DNA of 61,831 nucleotides from Aestuariivirgaceae bacterium (GCA_040510355.1 JBEVJH010000061.1:1-61831), one strand, 5' to 3'; shown: positions 1-9,787, counted from the first letter of the stretch. The notes: generated by a model not told the origin, from the letters alone. Program-made: numbers and translations.

Positions 1-651
1 ATCATGCCGCAATATGCGCTGGAGCGGCTCTATGCCCTGACCCGCGGCCACGACACCTACATCACCACCGAGGTCGGCCAGCACCAGATGTGGGCGGCCC
101 AGTTCTTCCGCTTCGAGGAGCCGAACCGCTGGATGACCTCGGGCGGGCTCGGCACCATGGGCTATGGCCTGCCGGCGGCGATCGGCGTCCAGGTGGCCCA
201 TCCGAAATCGCTGGTCATCGACATTGCCGGCGATGCCTCGGTGCAGATGACCATGCAGGAGATGTCGACGGCGGTGCAGTACCGGCTGCCCGTCAAGATC
301 TTCGTCCTCAACAACCAATATATGGGCATGGTCCGGCAGTGGCAGCAATTGCTCCATGGCAACCGCCTGTCGGAGAGCTACTCCGAGGCGCTGCCCGATT
401 TCGTCAAGCTCGCCGATGCCTTCGGCTGCCATGGCATTCGCTGCTCCAAGCCCGGCGATCTCGACCAGGCGATCCGCGAGATGATCGAGGTCAAGGCGCC
501 GGTGCTGTTCGACTGCCGCGTCACCAATCTCGCCAACTGCTTCCCGATGATCCCCTCCGGCAAGGCGCATCACGAGATGCTGCTCGGCGAGGATGTGCCG
601 GATGACGAGATCGAGCAGGCAATCGGCGCCGAAGGCAAGGTTCTGGTGTAG
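1..651 (+). CDS. ilvI: Acetolactate synthase (AHAS) large subunit, C-terminal ThDP-binding part; the 5' end lies outside the window
   Basis: Frame-1 ORF is open from base 1 to TAG at 649-651. Carries GGLGTMGYGLPAAIGVQVA...IAGDASVQMTMQE...VLNNQYMGMVRQWQ, typical of AHAS. The small-subunit gene follows 9 nt later. Confidence 0.93.
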   Translation: MMPQYALERLYALTRGHDTYITTEVGQHQMWAAQFFRFEEPNRWMTSGGLGTMGYGLPAAIGVQVAHPKSLVIDIAGDASVQMTMQEMSTAVQYRLPVKIFVLNNQYMGMVRQWQQLLHGNRLSESYSEALPDFVKLADAFGCHGIRCSKPGDLDQAIREMIEVKAPVLFDCRVTNLANCFPMIPSGKAHHEMLLGEDVPDDEIEQAIGAEGKVLV

Positions 652-660
652 GGGGAGATC

Positions 661-1224
661 ATGAGCAAGCCCGCCATAGACCAGCCGGCATCGGCCTATT
701 TCCTCGAGGACCGCAAGGATCCGATCGAGGCGCACACCCTGTCGATCGTCGTCGACAACGAGCCGGGTGTCCTCGCCCGGGTCATCGGCCTGTTCTCCGG
801 CCGCGGCTACAACATCGAATCCCTGACCGTCTCGGAGACCGAGCACGAGGCCCATGTCTCGCGCATCACGATCGTCACCCGCGGCACGCCGATGGTGCTG
901 CAGCAGATCAAGAGCCAGCTCGAGCGGCTGGTGCCGGTCCATTCGGTGGCGGATCTGACGGTCACCGGCAACGCCATCGAGCGCGAGCTGGCGCTGGTCA
1001 AGGTGGCCGGAACCGGCGACCATCGCGTCGAGGCCTTGCGCCTCGCCGACGCTTTCCGGGCGCACGTCGTCGACGCCACCAATGCGTCCTTCGTCTTCGA
1101 GCTCACCGGCAAGACCGGCAAGGTCGAGCAGTTCATCGCGCTGATGCAGCCGCTCGGCCTCGTGGAGGTGGTGCGCACCGGCATCGCCGCCATTTCCCGC
1201 GGCGTCGACCGGATGCGGGTGTGA
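661..1224 (+). CDS. ilvH: Acetolactate synthase small (regulatory) subunit
   Basis: 187 aa. ACT-domain signature SIVVDNEPGVLARVIGLFSGRGYNIESLTV. Lies directly after the large subunit. Confidence 0.93.
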   Translation: MSKPAIDQPASAYFLEDRKDPIEAHTLSIVVDNEPGVLARVIGLFSGRGYNIESLTVSETEHEAHVSRITIVTRGTPMVLQQIKSQLERLVPVHSVADLTVTGNAIERELALVKVAGTGDHRVEALRLADAFRAHVVDATNASFVFELTGKTGKVEQFIALMQPLGLVEVVRTGIAAISRGVDRMRV

Positions 1225-1226
1225 CC

Positions 1227-1961
1227 ATGGCGGCGGCCCTTTCGGTCAATGTCAACGCCATCGCGATGCTGCGCAACCGCCGCAACCTGCCATGGCCGTC
1301 GGTCGAGGCGATCGCCCGCATCGCGCTCGATGCGGGAGCCCACGGCATCACTGTGCATCCCCGCCCGGACGAGCGCCATATCCGCCGCTCCGACGTGCCG
1401 GTACTGGCCCGGTTGGTGCGTCAGTTCCCCAAGGCCGAGTTCAACATCGAGGGCAACCCCGATGCCCGTTTCATCGAGCTCGTCGAGACCGTCAAGCCCG
1501 ATCAGGTGACGCTGGTGCCCGACGACGTCCGCCAGGCGACGTCGGATCACGGCTTCGACGTCGCCGCCCACCGCACCTTCTTGAGCGATGTCATCGCCCG
1601 GCTGAAATCGGGCGGCATGCGCGTCTCGGTCTTCGTCGAGGCCGAGCCGGAGCGGGCCGCCGAGGCCCGCGCGGTCGGCGCCGATCGGATCGAGATCTAC
1701 ACCGGGCCCTATGGCGGCACCGCCGATCCGGCGGTCAGGTCGCGCGAGCTCGAGCGGATCGTCGCCACCGGCAAGGCCGCCCGCGATGTCGGGATCGGGC
1801 TCAATGCCGGGCATGATCTCACCCTCGTCAATCTGCCGCCGCTGGTCGCCCGGCTGCCCAATCTGGCCGAGGTTTCGATCGGTCACGCCCTGACCGCCGA
1901 TGCGCTGATCTATGGCATGGCCGAGACCGTGCGCCTTTACCGTAAGGCATGCGGCAGCTAG
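1227..1961 (+). CDS. pdxJ: Pyridoxine 5'-phosphate synthase
   Basis: LSVNVNAIAMLRNRR...HGITVHPRPDERHI...GNP...LNAGH matches the PdxJ TIM-barrel motifs. ATG at 1227 gives about 244 aa. GTG at 1221, overlapping the ilvH stop, is an alternative start. Confidence 0.9.
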   Translation: MAAALSVNVNAIAMLRNRRNLPWPSVEAIARIALDAGAHGITVHPRPDERHIRRSDVPVLARLVRQFPKAEFNIEGNPDARFIELVETVKPDQVTLVPDDVRQATSDHGFDVAAHRTFLSDVIARLKSGGMRVSVFVEAEPERAAEARAVGADRIEIYTGPYGGTADPAVRSRELERIVATGKAARDVGIGLNAGHDLTLVNLPPLVARLPNLAEVSIGHALTADALIYGMAETVRLYRKACGS

Positions 1962-3034
<1,073 letters not shown>

Positions 3035-3035
<1 letters not shown>

Positions 3036-3117
3036 CGAATAGTGAGTAGCGAATAGTGAGTAGCGGGGGCAGTGCGCTGCCCAACAGCCATTCGCTATTC
3101 GCTATTCGCTATTCGCT
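3035..3117 (+). repeat. Heptamer-array inverted repeat, probable ilvC 3' stem-loop/terminator: (GCGAATA/GTGAGTA)x2, GC apex hairpin, (ATTCGCT)x4
   Basis: Read directly. Positions 3035-3061 pair with 3090-3116: 27 consecutive pairs, 4 of them G-U on the + strand. Apex hairpin GGGCAG-TGCG-CTGCCC at 3067-3082. The structure is followed by TTATTGT. Confidence 0.7.
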
Positions 3118-3746
3118 TATTGTGATGCCCAAACGATCCGCGCCACCCATGCGACGTCGCCGACGCCGATCGACAGCGGCGCGAGGTCCGGCCGGAAGCC
3201 GTTGAGCTCGATCGTCCTGGCGGTCTGGCGGATCAGCACACGGGCCATGATGTCGCCCGCCTTGGTCCTGACCACCACGCGGTCGCCGCGCCGCGCCTGC
3301 GAGCCGGGCGACACGATGATGGTGTCGCCATCCCGATAGAGCGGCAGCATTCCGTCGCCCGCGATCTCGAGCGCAAAGGCGGAAGGATCGTTCACCTTCG
3401 GGAAAGCGATCTGCTCCCAGCTGCTCCCCGTCGGGGTGCCGCCGTCGTCGAACAACCCGGAGTCCGCCGCTCTGGCGAAGCTGAGAAGTGGAATCGACTC
3501 GGCCGGGCGCTCCGCCTTGCCGTTCACCAGCTGCACGAATTCATGAAACGGCGTGCGCGTCGCCTCGAGGATGCGCGACAGGCTCTCCGTTGTCGGCCAT
3601 CTCATATGGCCGGCCGAGGACAACCGTTTCGACTTGTTGAAGGTGGTGGCGTCGAGCCCGGCGCGTTTGGCCAGTCCCGAGGTCGACAGTCCGTTTCTCG
3701 CAGCAAGTGCATCGATGGCATCCCACATCTGTTTATGCGAGAACAT
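3117..3746 (-). CDS. XRE-type HTH plus S24 (LexA/CI-like) peptidase-domain transcriptional repressor
   Basis: 209 aa. N-terminal HTH: LSTSGLAKRAGLDATTFNKSKR. C-terminal S24 fold: ALEIAGDGMLPLYRDGDTIIVSP...RGDRVVVRTK. Confidence 0.8.
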   Translation of the reverse strand: MFSHKQMWDAIDALAARNGLSTSGLAKRAGLDATTFNKSKRLSSAGHMRWPTTESLSRILEATRTPFHEFVQLVNGKAERPAESIPLLSFARAADSGLFDDGGTPTGSSWEQIAFPKVNDPSAFALEIAGDGMLPLYRDGDTIIVSPGSQARRGDRVVVRTKAGDIMARVLIRQTARTIELNGFRPDLAPLSIGVGDVAWVARIVWASQ

Positions 3747-3874
3747 GCGGGCCTCGAGTAGGACATTCTGTCATAAGCGCTGTTTAATTAGGAAAATTGT
3801 ACCATGGTTGGTTCCTGCACGCAAGCCGTGCGTGCGCCTCGATCCGCACGAATCAGTTTGACCGGGCGCGCTTC

Positions 3875-4948
3875 ATGACCCTCTTCCGACTTGCCCGTCC
3901 GCTGTTGCACCTGGTCGATGCCGAGACCGCCCATCGGCTCACCCTCGCGGCGCTGCGGCTCGGCGTGGTGCCGCCGGGCGACATCGTCGCGAGCCCGGCG
4001 CTCGCCGTGAACGTCCTCGGCCTCTCCTTTCCCAATCCGCTCGGTTTGGCGGCGGGCTTCGACAAGAATGCCGAGGTGATCGATCCCATGCTCGGGCAGG
4101 GCTTCGGCTTTGTCGAAGTCGGATCGCTGACGCCCGAGCCGCAGGCCGGCAATCCGCGCCCGCGGCTGTTCCGCCTGCCCGAGGATCTGGCGATCATCAA
4201 CCGCCTCGGCTTCAACAATGCGGGCCACGACCCTGCCGTGGCGCGCCTCGAACGGCGCCGCGGCCGTCCCGGCATTGTCGGCATCAATATCGGCGCCAAT
4301 CGAACCACCACCGACCGCATTGGCGATTATCTCCGCGGCATCGCCCGCTTCAACCGTCTCGCCGACTACATCACCCTCAATGTCTCGTCCCCCAACACGC
4401 CGGGGCTGCGCCGGCTGCAGGACCGCCGCGAGCTCGAGGTGCTGCTGGCACGCCTCAAGGCGGAGCGCGAGCTGGCCACCGAGAAGGACGGCCGCATGGC
4501 GCCGCTCCTGCTCAAGATCGCCCCCGATCTCGACGAGGAAAGCCTCGCCGACATCGCCGAGGTGACGATGGCGAGCGCGGCGCTTGACGGCCTGATCATC
4601 TCCAACACGACGCTGTCGCGACCCGCGCTCAAATCGCGCCATGCCGGCGAGGCGGGTGGGTTGTCGGGGCGCCCGCTGTTCGAGCGCTCGACCAGGATCC
4701 TCGCCCGCATGCACCGGCTGACCCAGGGCAGGCTGCCGCTCATCGGCGTCGGCGGCATCGTGTCGGCCGACGACGCCTGGCGCAAGATCACCGCCGGCGC
4801 CAGCCTGCTGCAGCTCTATTCGGCGCTGGTCTATCAGGGCCCGGAGCTCGTCCATGCGATCAATCGCGGCCTGGCCGAGCGGCTCGACCGGCACCGCCTG
4901 CCGCATCTCGCCGCAGCGGTCGGAACGGGTGTCGGCGACTGGCTCTAG
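3875..4948 (+). CDS. pyrD: Dihydroorotate dehydrogenase (quinone), class 2
   Basis: MTLFRLARPLLHLVDAETAHRL...FPNPLGLAAGFDKNAEV...NISSPNTPGLR...GVGGI. ATG at 3875 gives about 357 aa. The track ORF starts at 3797. Confidence 0.93.
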   Translation: MTLFRLARPLLHLVDAETAHRLTLAALRLGVVPPGDIVASPALAVNVLGLSFPNPLGLAAGFDKNAEVIDPMLGQGFGFVEVGSLTPEPQAGNPRPRLFRLPEDLAIINRLGFNNAGHDPAVARLERRRGRPGIVGINIGANRTTTDRIGDYLRGIARFNRLADYITLNVSSPNTPGLRRLQDRRELEVLLARLKAERELATEKDGRMAPLLLKIAPDLDEESLADIAEVTMASAALDGLIISNTTLSRPALKSRHAGEAGGLSGRPLFERSTRILARMHRLTQGRLPLIGVGGIVSADDAWRKITAGASLLQLYSALVYQGPELVHAINRGLAERLDRHRLPHLAAAVGTGVGDWL

Positions 4949-4981
4949 GGAACCCGCGCGGCCTCGGCGAATTCGGCTGAG

Positions 4982-6004
4982 ATGCAAGATATCGAGCTGG
5001 CACTCGAAGAAGCCGGTCTGCGCCGGATCGACCCCGCCGAAATGCCCATCCGACGCGTCAAGGCGGGATTGGGCTTCTCATATGTCGATCTGCATGGCCG
5101 CACCGTCACCCACCGCCCCACCAGGCGGCGGATCGCCGATCTCGTCATTCCGCCGGCCTGGAGCGAGGTGCGGATCGCCGCCGACCCCCAGGCGCATCTG
5201 CAGGCGGTCGGCCGCGACGATGCCGGCCGGCTGCAATACATCTATCACGAGGCCTGGGAGGATGTGCGCGCCCAGGCCAAGGCGCTGCGCCTCAAGCGGC
5301 TCGGGCTGGTGCTGCCGGATCTGCGTCGGCGCGTGGCGGACGCGATCGAGGCGGCCGAGCTGAGCCGCGAAATGGTGATCGCCACCGCCGTTCGGCTGAT
5401 CGATATCGCGGTGCTCAGGGTCGGCCATGAGATGTATGCCGGCGAGGAGAGCGGCCGCGGTGCCGCGACCCTGCTCAAGCGTCATGTCCGGCTCATCGAC
5501 TCCACCATTCGCCTGTCGTTCCTCGGCAAGGGCGGCAAGCGCATCGACAAGGAGCTCGAGGATCCCTTGCTCCTGACCGCCATCGAGCGGCTGCGGCGGC
5601 TGCGCGGCCGCCGGCTGTTCCTTGATCCAACCGGCCCCGTCAGGCCGCTGACCGCCAATGACATCAATGCCTGGCTCGGCACGGTGACCGGCGAGCCGGT
5701 CACCGCCAAGGACTTCCGCACCTTTCATGCTTCCGCCCTGGCGCTCGAGACCTTCGCCAGGAGCGGTGCCCCGCAATCGCCGACCGAAGCCCGGCGAACC
5801 GCGACGGCGGTCGCGCGCGACGTTGCCCAGGTTCTCGCCAATACGCCGACCGTGGCCCGCAAGAGCTACATCCACCCCGCGATCGTGACCGCCTATGAGG
5901 CGCACAGCCTGTCGGAGGACCTTCTCCATCCGACCCGCCGGCGCGGTCTCTCGCTCGCCGAGACCGGCTTGATGCGCTTTCTGGAAAAGGCGGTCGACGA
6001 GTAG
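4982..6004 (+). CDS. DNA topoisomerase IB (poxvirus-like bacterial TopIB)
   Basis: 340 aa. IPPAWSEVRIAADPQAHLQAVGRDDAGRLQYIYH..., FLGKGGKRI, FRTFHAS, and C-terminal ARKSYIHP carrying the candidate catalytic Tyr. Confidence 0.8.
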   Translation: MQDIELALEEAGLRRIDPAEMPIRRVKAGLGFSYVDLHGRTVTHRPTRRRIADLVIPPAWSEVRIAADPQAHLQAVGRDDAGRLQYIYHEAWEDVRAQAKALRLKRLGLVLPDLRRRVADAIEAAELSREMVIATAVRLIDIAVLRVGHEMYAGEESGRGAATLLKRHVRLIDSTIRLSFLGKGGKRIDKELEDPLLLTAIERLRRLRGRRLFLDPTGPVRPLTANDINAWLGTVTGEPVTAKDFRTFHASALALETFARSGAPQSPTEARRTATAVARDVAQVLANTPTVARKSYIHPAIVTAYEAHSLSEDLLHPTRRRGLSLAETGLMRFLEKAVDE

Positions 6005-6011
6005 ATTGCAA

Positions 6012-6038
6012 CCGTGATCAACTTATGGTTGATCGCGG
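6012..6038 (+). promoter_or_regulatory. 11-bp stem / 5-nt loop hairpin ending 3 nt before the GT2 start codon
   Basis: CCGTGATCAAC-ttatg-GTTGATCGCGG. There is one U-G wobble on the + strand and no U tract. It occupies the whole space where an SD for ATG 6042 would lie. Confidence 0.45.
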
Positions 6039-6041
6039 TCG

Positions 6042-7775
6042 ATGTCGCCCATCCTCGACTCTGCTTGTTTTGGACTGGCCCGCACCCGCCCGGATTTCTC
6101 CGCCGCGCGGCGGCTGACCGGCGCCCAGGTGGTGATGTTCGGAGCCGCCGCGATCGGCCTGATTGCCGCTCTGTTCCTCTGGCCCCCGATGATCGCGGTG
6201 CTCGCCTCGCCGGCTTTCCTGGCGCTCGCGACCTTGCGCTGGGCCTGTCTCTTCCGCTGGCCGTTGCCGGCGGCGAGCCGCCGACGGCTCTCCGATGCCG
6301 AGCTGCCGGTCTACACGGTGCTGGCGCCGCTTCATCGCGAGGCCGCCATCCTGAGACAGCTGGTGCGCAGCCTGGCGGCGCTCCGCTATCCGCGGCACAA
6401 GCTCGACATCAAGCTCGTGGTCGAGGCCGACGATCACGAGACTCGCCGTGCCTTGGCGACTCTCGCCCTGCCGCCCCATTTCGCTGTTGTCGTCGTGCCG
6501 CCTGCCCTGCCGCTGACCAAGCCCAAGGCCCTGAACTACGCGCTCGCCTTTGCCCGCGGCAGTCTCCTCACCGTGTTCGACGCCGAGGACATTCCCGACC
6601 CCGGCCAGCTCCGCCTTGCCGCCGAGACCTTTGCGGCGAGCGCTCCCGATATCGTCTGCCTCCAGGCCCGCCTCGCATTCTACAATGTCGATGAGAACTG
6701 GCTGACCCGCCAATTCGCCATCGAATATGCCGTGCTGTTCGATCTCCAGCTGCCAATGCTGGCGGGGCTCGGTTGCGCCTTTCCCTTGGGCGGAACCTCC
6801 AACCATTTCCGGACCGTCGCACTCCACCATGTGGGTCGCTGGGATCCCCACAATGTCACCGAGGATGCCGATCTCGGCTTCCGGCTGGCGCGCCATGGCT
6901 ATCGCTGCCGGGTGATCGCCGCCACCACCCATGAGGAGGCAAATGTCGCGCTCGGCAACTGGCTGAATCAGCGTGCCCGCTGGCTCAAGGGCTTCCTCCA
7001 GACCTGGCTGGTTCATATGCGAGATCCGCAGCTTCTCGCCCGCGAGCTCGGGCCGCGGAGCTTTCTTGCCTTTCAGGCGACCACCATCGGGGTGGTCGCC
7101 TCGGCGCTGCTCCATCCGCTGTTCCTCGCCTGTCTGGCGGTCGAGATCGTGCGTGGGAAATTTCCCCCCGCCCGGCCTGAATTCCTCGATGCCTTCACGG
7201 CGGGCGTTGGGCTCGCGGTGCTCCTGCTCGGCTATGGCGTCGGGCTCGCTGCCGGTCTCAAGGGCATCAAGACCCGCAATCTTCACGGGTTGCGCTGGTC
7301 GCTGCTCGCCATGCCGCTCTACTGGCTGCTGATCTCGGCGGCCGCCTGGCTTGCCCTGTGGCAGCTCCTGCGCACGCCCCACCGCTGGAACAAGACCCGC
7401 CATGGTCTTTCGAGAGTTGGCGATAGATATGCGACGGCCCGCGACGAATCACCCGAAGATGTGCGACAAACCGAACCGGCGCCTGATCGCCGCATCGATG
7501 GAGAGACGCTCATGGGCCGACCGAAACGGGCACCAAGCCCGCCCGAGCCTGCCAAGACCAACGGGAAGAAGGGCATGGGCCGTGCTGCCCCCAAGGCGCC
7601 GCCTGCCCCCGATTTGCCGGGCTTTCGCAAGGGCGACATCGTCGAGACGCCCTGGCAGCGCAACCGTTTCGTGGTGATCGCGGCGGACGGCCTCGATCTT
7701 ACCGTTCACCGCCTTGCCGACGAGGCGAAGGAGCCGCTCCGGATCGATGCCCGCGATGTGAGCCGGGTGGCGTAG
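6042..7775 (+). CDS. Membrane-embedded processive family-2 glycosyltransferase (cellulose-synthase-like) with a C-terminal extension of about 130 aa
   Basis: 577 aa. FDAEDIP (DxD), TEDADLGFRL (TED) and NQRARWLKG (QxxRW) motifs, flanked by several hydrophobic helices. The tail from about 7380 is Pro/Lys-rich and ends in a short beta-like module. Confidence 0.8.
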   Translation: MSPILDSACFGLARTRPDFSAARRLTGAQVVMFGAAAIGLIAALFLWPPMIAVLASPAFLALATLRWACLFRWPLPAASRRRLSDAELPVYTVLAPLHREAAILRQLVRSLAALRYPRHKLDIKLVVEADDHETRRALATLALPPHFAVVVVPPALPLTKPKALNYALAFARGSLLTVFDAEDIPDPGQLRLAAETFAASAPDIVCLQARLAFYNVDENWLTRQFAIEYAVLFDLQLPMLAGLGCAFPLGGTSNHFRTVALHHVGRWDPHNVTEDADLGFRLARHGYRCRVIAATTHEEANVALGNWLNQRARWLKGFLQTWLVHMRDPQLLARELGPRSFLAFQATTIGVVASALLHPLFLACLAVEIVRGKFPPARPEFLDAFTAGVGLAVLLLGYGVGLAAGLKGIKTRNLHGLRWSLLAMPLYWLLISAAAWLALWQLLRTPHRWNKTRHGLSRVGDRYATARDESPEDVRQTEPAPDRRIDGETLMGRPKRAPSPPEPAKTNGKKGMGRAAPKAPPAPDLPGFRKGDIVETPWQRNRFVVIAADGLDLTVHRLADEAKEPLRIDARDVSRVA

Positions 7776-7807
7776 GCCGACTGCCGATTTCCTACTGCCC
7801 ACTGCCC
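7776..7807. repeat. Tandem NACTGCC-type heptamers (GACTGCC GATTTCC TACTGCC CACTGCC)
   Basis: Read directly. The array begins 1 nt after the GT2 stop and runs into the last codons (GSGQ*) of the convergent FGE-like gene. Same unit family as 9787-9867. Confidence 0.6.
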
Positions 7808-8787
7808 CGAATGATGCATCGAAAGCTGACATGGCTGGTCGATGTGTCGACCGGCTCGGGATGGCGCGCCGCCGGGCGGTAGCGACGGCAATAATTCGGC
7901 GCGCAGAGATGCGAGCCGCCCTTCAGCACCCGGCGCGGGATCAGGGATTCGGGCTGCTGCGGATCGTAGCTTGCCTCTTGCTTGCCGCCGCGCGGATTCT
8001 GCGGGACGCAGCAGGCCTTCGCGGCATCGCCTTCATGCTTTTGCGAAAACCAGTCGCTCGTCCATTCCCACACATTGCCGATCATGTCGCTGAGACCATA
8101 GGCATTGGGTGGGAAGGCATCGACCGGCGACGTGCGCCGATAGCCGTCATGCGTCAGGTTCTCGTGCGGGAATGCGCCCTGCCAGGTGTTGGCCATGTGC
8201 CGTCCGGCCGGCGTGAACTCGTCGCCCCAGGCGAACTCCGCACCGCCGAGCCCGCCGCGCGCGGCGAACTCCCATTCCGCTTCGGTTGGCAGCTGCTTGC
8301 CGGCCCAATCCGCATAGGCTTCGGCATCGCAGTAGGCGACATGCACCACCGGATGATCGTCGAGCCCGCTGATCGAGCTTTTCGGCCCATAGGGGTGGCG
8401 CCAGTCGGCGCCGAAGGTGAAGCGCCACCAATTGGCGATGTTCCTGAGGTCGACCGGCTTGTTCGGCGGGGTGAACACTAGCGAGCCCGCCCTCAGCATT
8501 TTCGGCAGCGCGCCTGGATAATCCTTCGGGTCGGGCGTCTTCTCGGCGAACGTCACATAGCCGGTTGCCGCCACGAATTCGCGGAACTCCCGATTAGTGA
8601 CCGGCGTACGGTCGATCCAGAAGCCGTCGACGCTGACCTGGTGGACCGGCGCCTCTTCGGGATAGTGGCGGTCGGACCCCATGCGGTAAGTTCCGCCGGG
8701 GATCCACACCATGCTATGGGTGCGCGCCGCGTCGGGGTCGCCCACATGGCTGAGACCGGTCGAGCTCGGGGAAATGGCATCCTCCAT
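7792..8787 (-). CDS. Formylglycine-generating-enzyme (SUMF1/FGE-sulfatase) domain protein
   Basis: MVWIPGGTYRMGSD...PVHQVSVDGFWIDRTPVTNREFREFV...GNVWEWTSDW...RGGS. The start is uncertain: ATG at 8787, or TTG at 8820 as in the track. Confidence 0.8.
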   Translation of the reverse strand: MEDAISPSSTGLSHVGDPDAARTHSMVWIPGGTYRMGSDRHYPEEAPVHQVSVDGFWIDRTPVTNREFREFVAATGYVTFAEKTPDPKDYPGALPKMLRAGSLVFTPPNKPVDLRNIANWWRFTFGADWRHPYGPKSSISGLDDHPVVHVAYCDAEAYADWAGKQLPTEAEWEFAARGGLGGAEFAWGDEFTPAGRHMANTWQGAFPHENLTHDGYRRTSPVDAFPPNAYGLSDMIGNVWEWTSDWFSQKHEGDAAKACCVPQNPRGGKQEASYDPQQPESLIPRRVLKGGSHLCAPNYCRRYRPAARHPEPVDTSTSHVSFRCIIRGSGQ

Positions 8788-8899
8788 TCCGGGCGGGTCG
8801 AAGGACCCTGCGGATGTCAAAAATCGGGGCGACTATAGCATCGGCGCAAGCCGACCAGAAGCCGGGGCGGGTCTGGCACGATGACACGGGAGATGAGCG

Positions 8900-9787
8900 A
8901 TGAGCCTGCGGGTGGAATGCGTTCTCGACATCAAGGCCAGGCTCGGCGAATGCCCGGTCTGGTGCGGCCGTACCGGCAGCCTTTACTGGATCGACATCCC
9001 GGCGCCGAGCCTCAACCGCTTCCACCCCGCGACCGGTGAGAACCGCGTCTGGACGCTGCCCGAGCCGATCGGCTCCTTCGCCCTCTGCCAGGATCAGGGG
9101 GCTGTGCTGGTCGCCCTGAAATCCGGCCTGAAAAAGCTCGATCTCGCCACCGGCGCGCTCGCGGCCCTGGTCGCCCCCGAGCCCGATTTGCCGCACAACC
9201 GGATGAATGACGGTCGCTGCGACCGCCAGGGCCGCTTCTGGGTCGGCAGCATGCGCGATCCTCCCGACCCTGCGGGGCCCACCGGCAGCCTCTACCGCTT
9301 CGATCCGTCCGGCCGCTGCACCAAGATGGTCGGTGGCCTCTTTGTCTCGAACGGCCTCGCCTTCAGCCCCGATGGCCGCACCATGTACCATTCGGACTCC
9401 TTTCCGGCGGTGCGCGCGATCTGGGCATGGGATCTCGATGTCGCGAGCGGCTCCATCGCCAACCGCCGCCTGTTCGTCGACACCCATGGCATGCCCGGGC
9501 GCCCCGATGGCGGCGCGGTCGACGCCGATGGCTGCTACTGGTCCGCCGCCACCGACGGTTGGGAGCTCGTCCGCTTCACCCCGGCTGGCAAGGTCGATCG
9601 CCGCATCGCGCTCCCCGTTTCCAAGCCGAGCATGCTGGCCTTCGGCGGCGAGCGGCTCGACACGATCTATGTCACCTCGATCAGGCCGGCCAATGTCGAT
9701 CTGTCCAAGCAGCCGCTTGCCGGCAGCCTGTTCGCGATCGAAGGCGCCGGCATCGCGGGTCTCCCGGAGCCGCCGTTCGCCGGTTAG
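8900..9787 (+). CDS. SMP-30/gluconolactonase/LRE-family protein (sugar lactonase-like)
   Basis: 295 aa. RLGECPVWCGRTGSLYWIDI...NDGRCDRQGRFWVGSM...SNGLAFSPDG...PDGGAVDADGCYW. GGGAG SD lies upstream of ATG 8900. Confidence 0.85.
   Translation: MSLRVECVLDIKARLGECPVWCGRTGSLYWIDIPAPSLNRFHPATGENRVWTLPEPIGSFALCQDQGAVLVALKSGLKKLDLATGALAALVAPEPDLPHNRMNDGRCDRQGRFWVGSMRDPPDPAGPTGSLYRFDPSGRCTKMVGGLFVSNGLAFSPDGRTMYHSDSFPAVRAIWAWDLDVASGSIANRRLFVDTHGMPGRPDGGAVDADGCYWSAATDGWELVRFTPAGKVDRRIALPVSKPSMLAFGGERLDTIYVTSIRPANVDLSKQPLAGSLFAIEGAGIAGLPEPPFAG

Noticed and set aside
6018-7403. 461-aa minus-strand ORF. Similar long antisense ORFs occur at 3788-4987, 26206-27732, 31368-33212, 41405-43024, 45066-46958, 55274-56338, 57219-58436 and 58031-59107.
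   Set aside because: Each lies antisense to a gene with clear family motifs and has a compositionally biased (R/G/A/P/D) translation with no motifs. These are high-GC artefacts.
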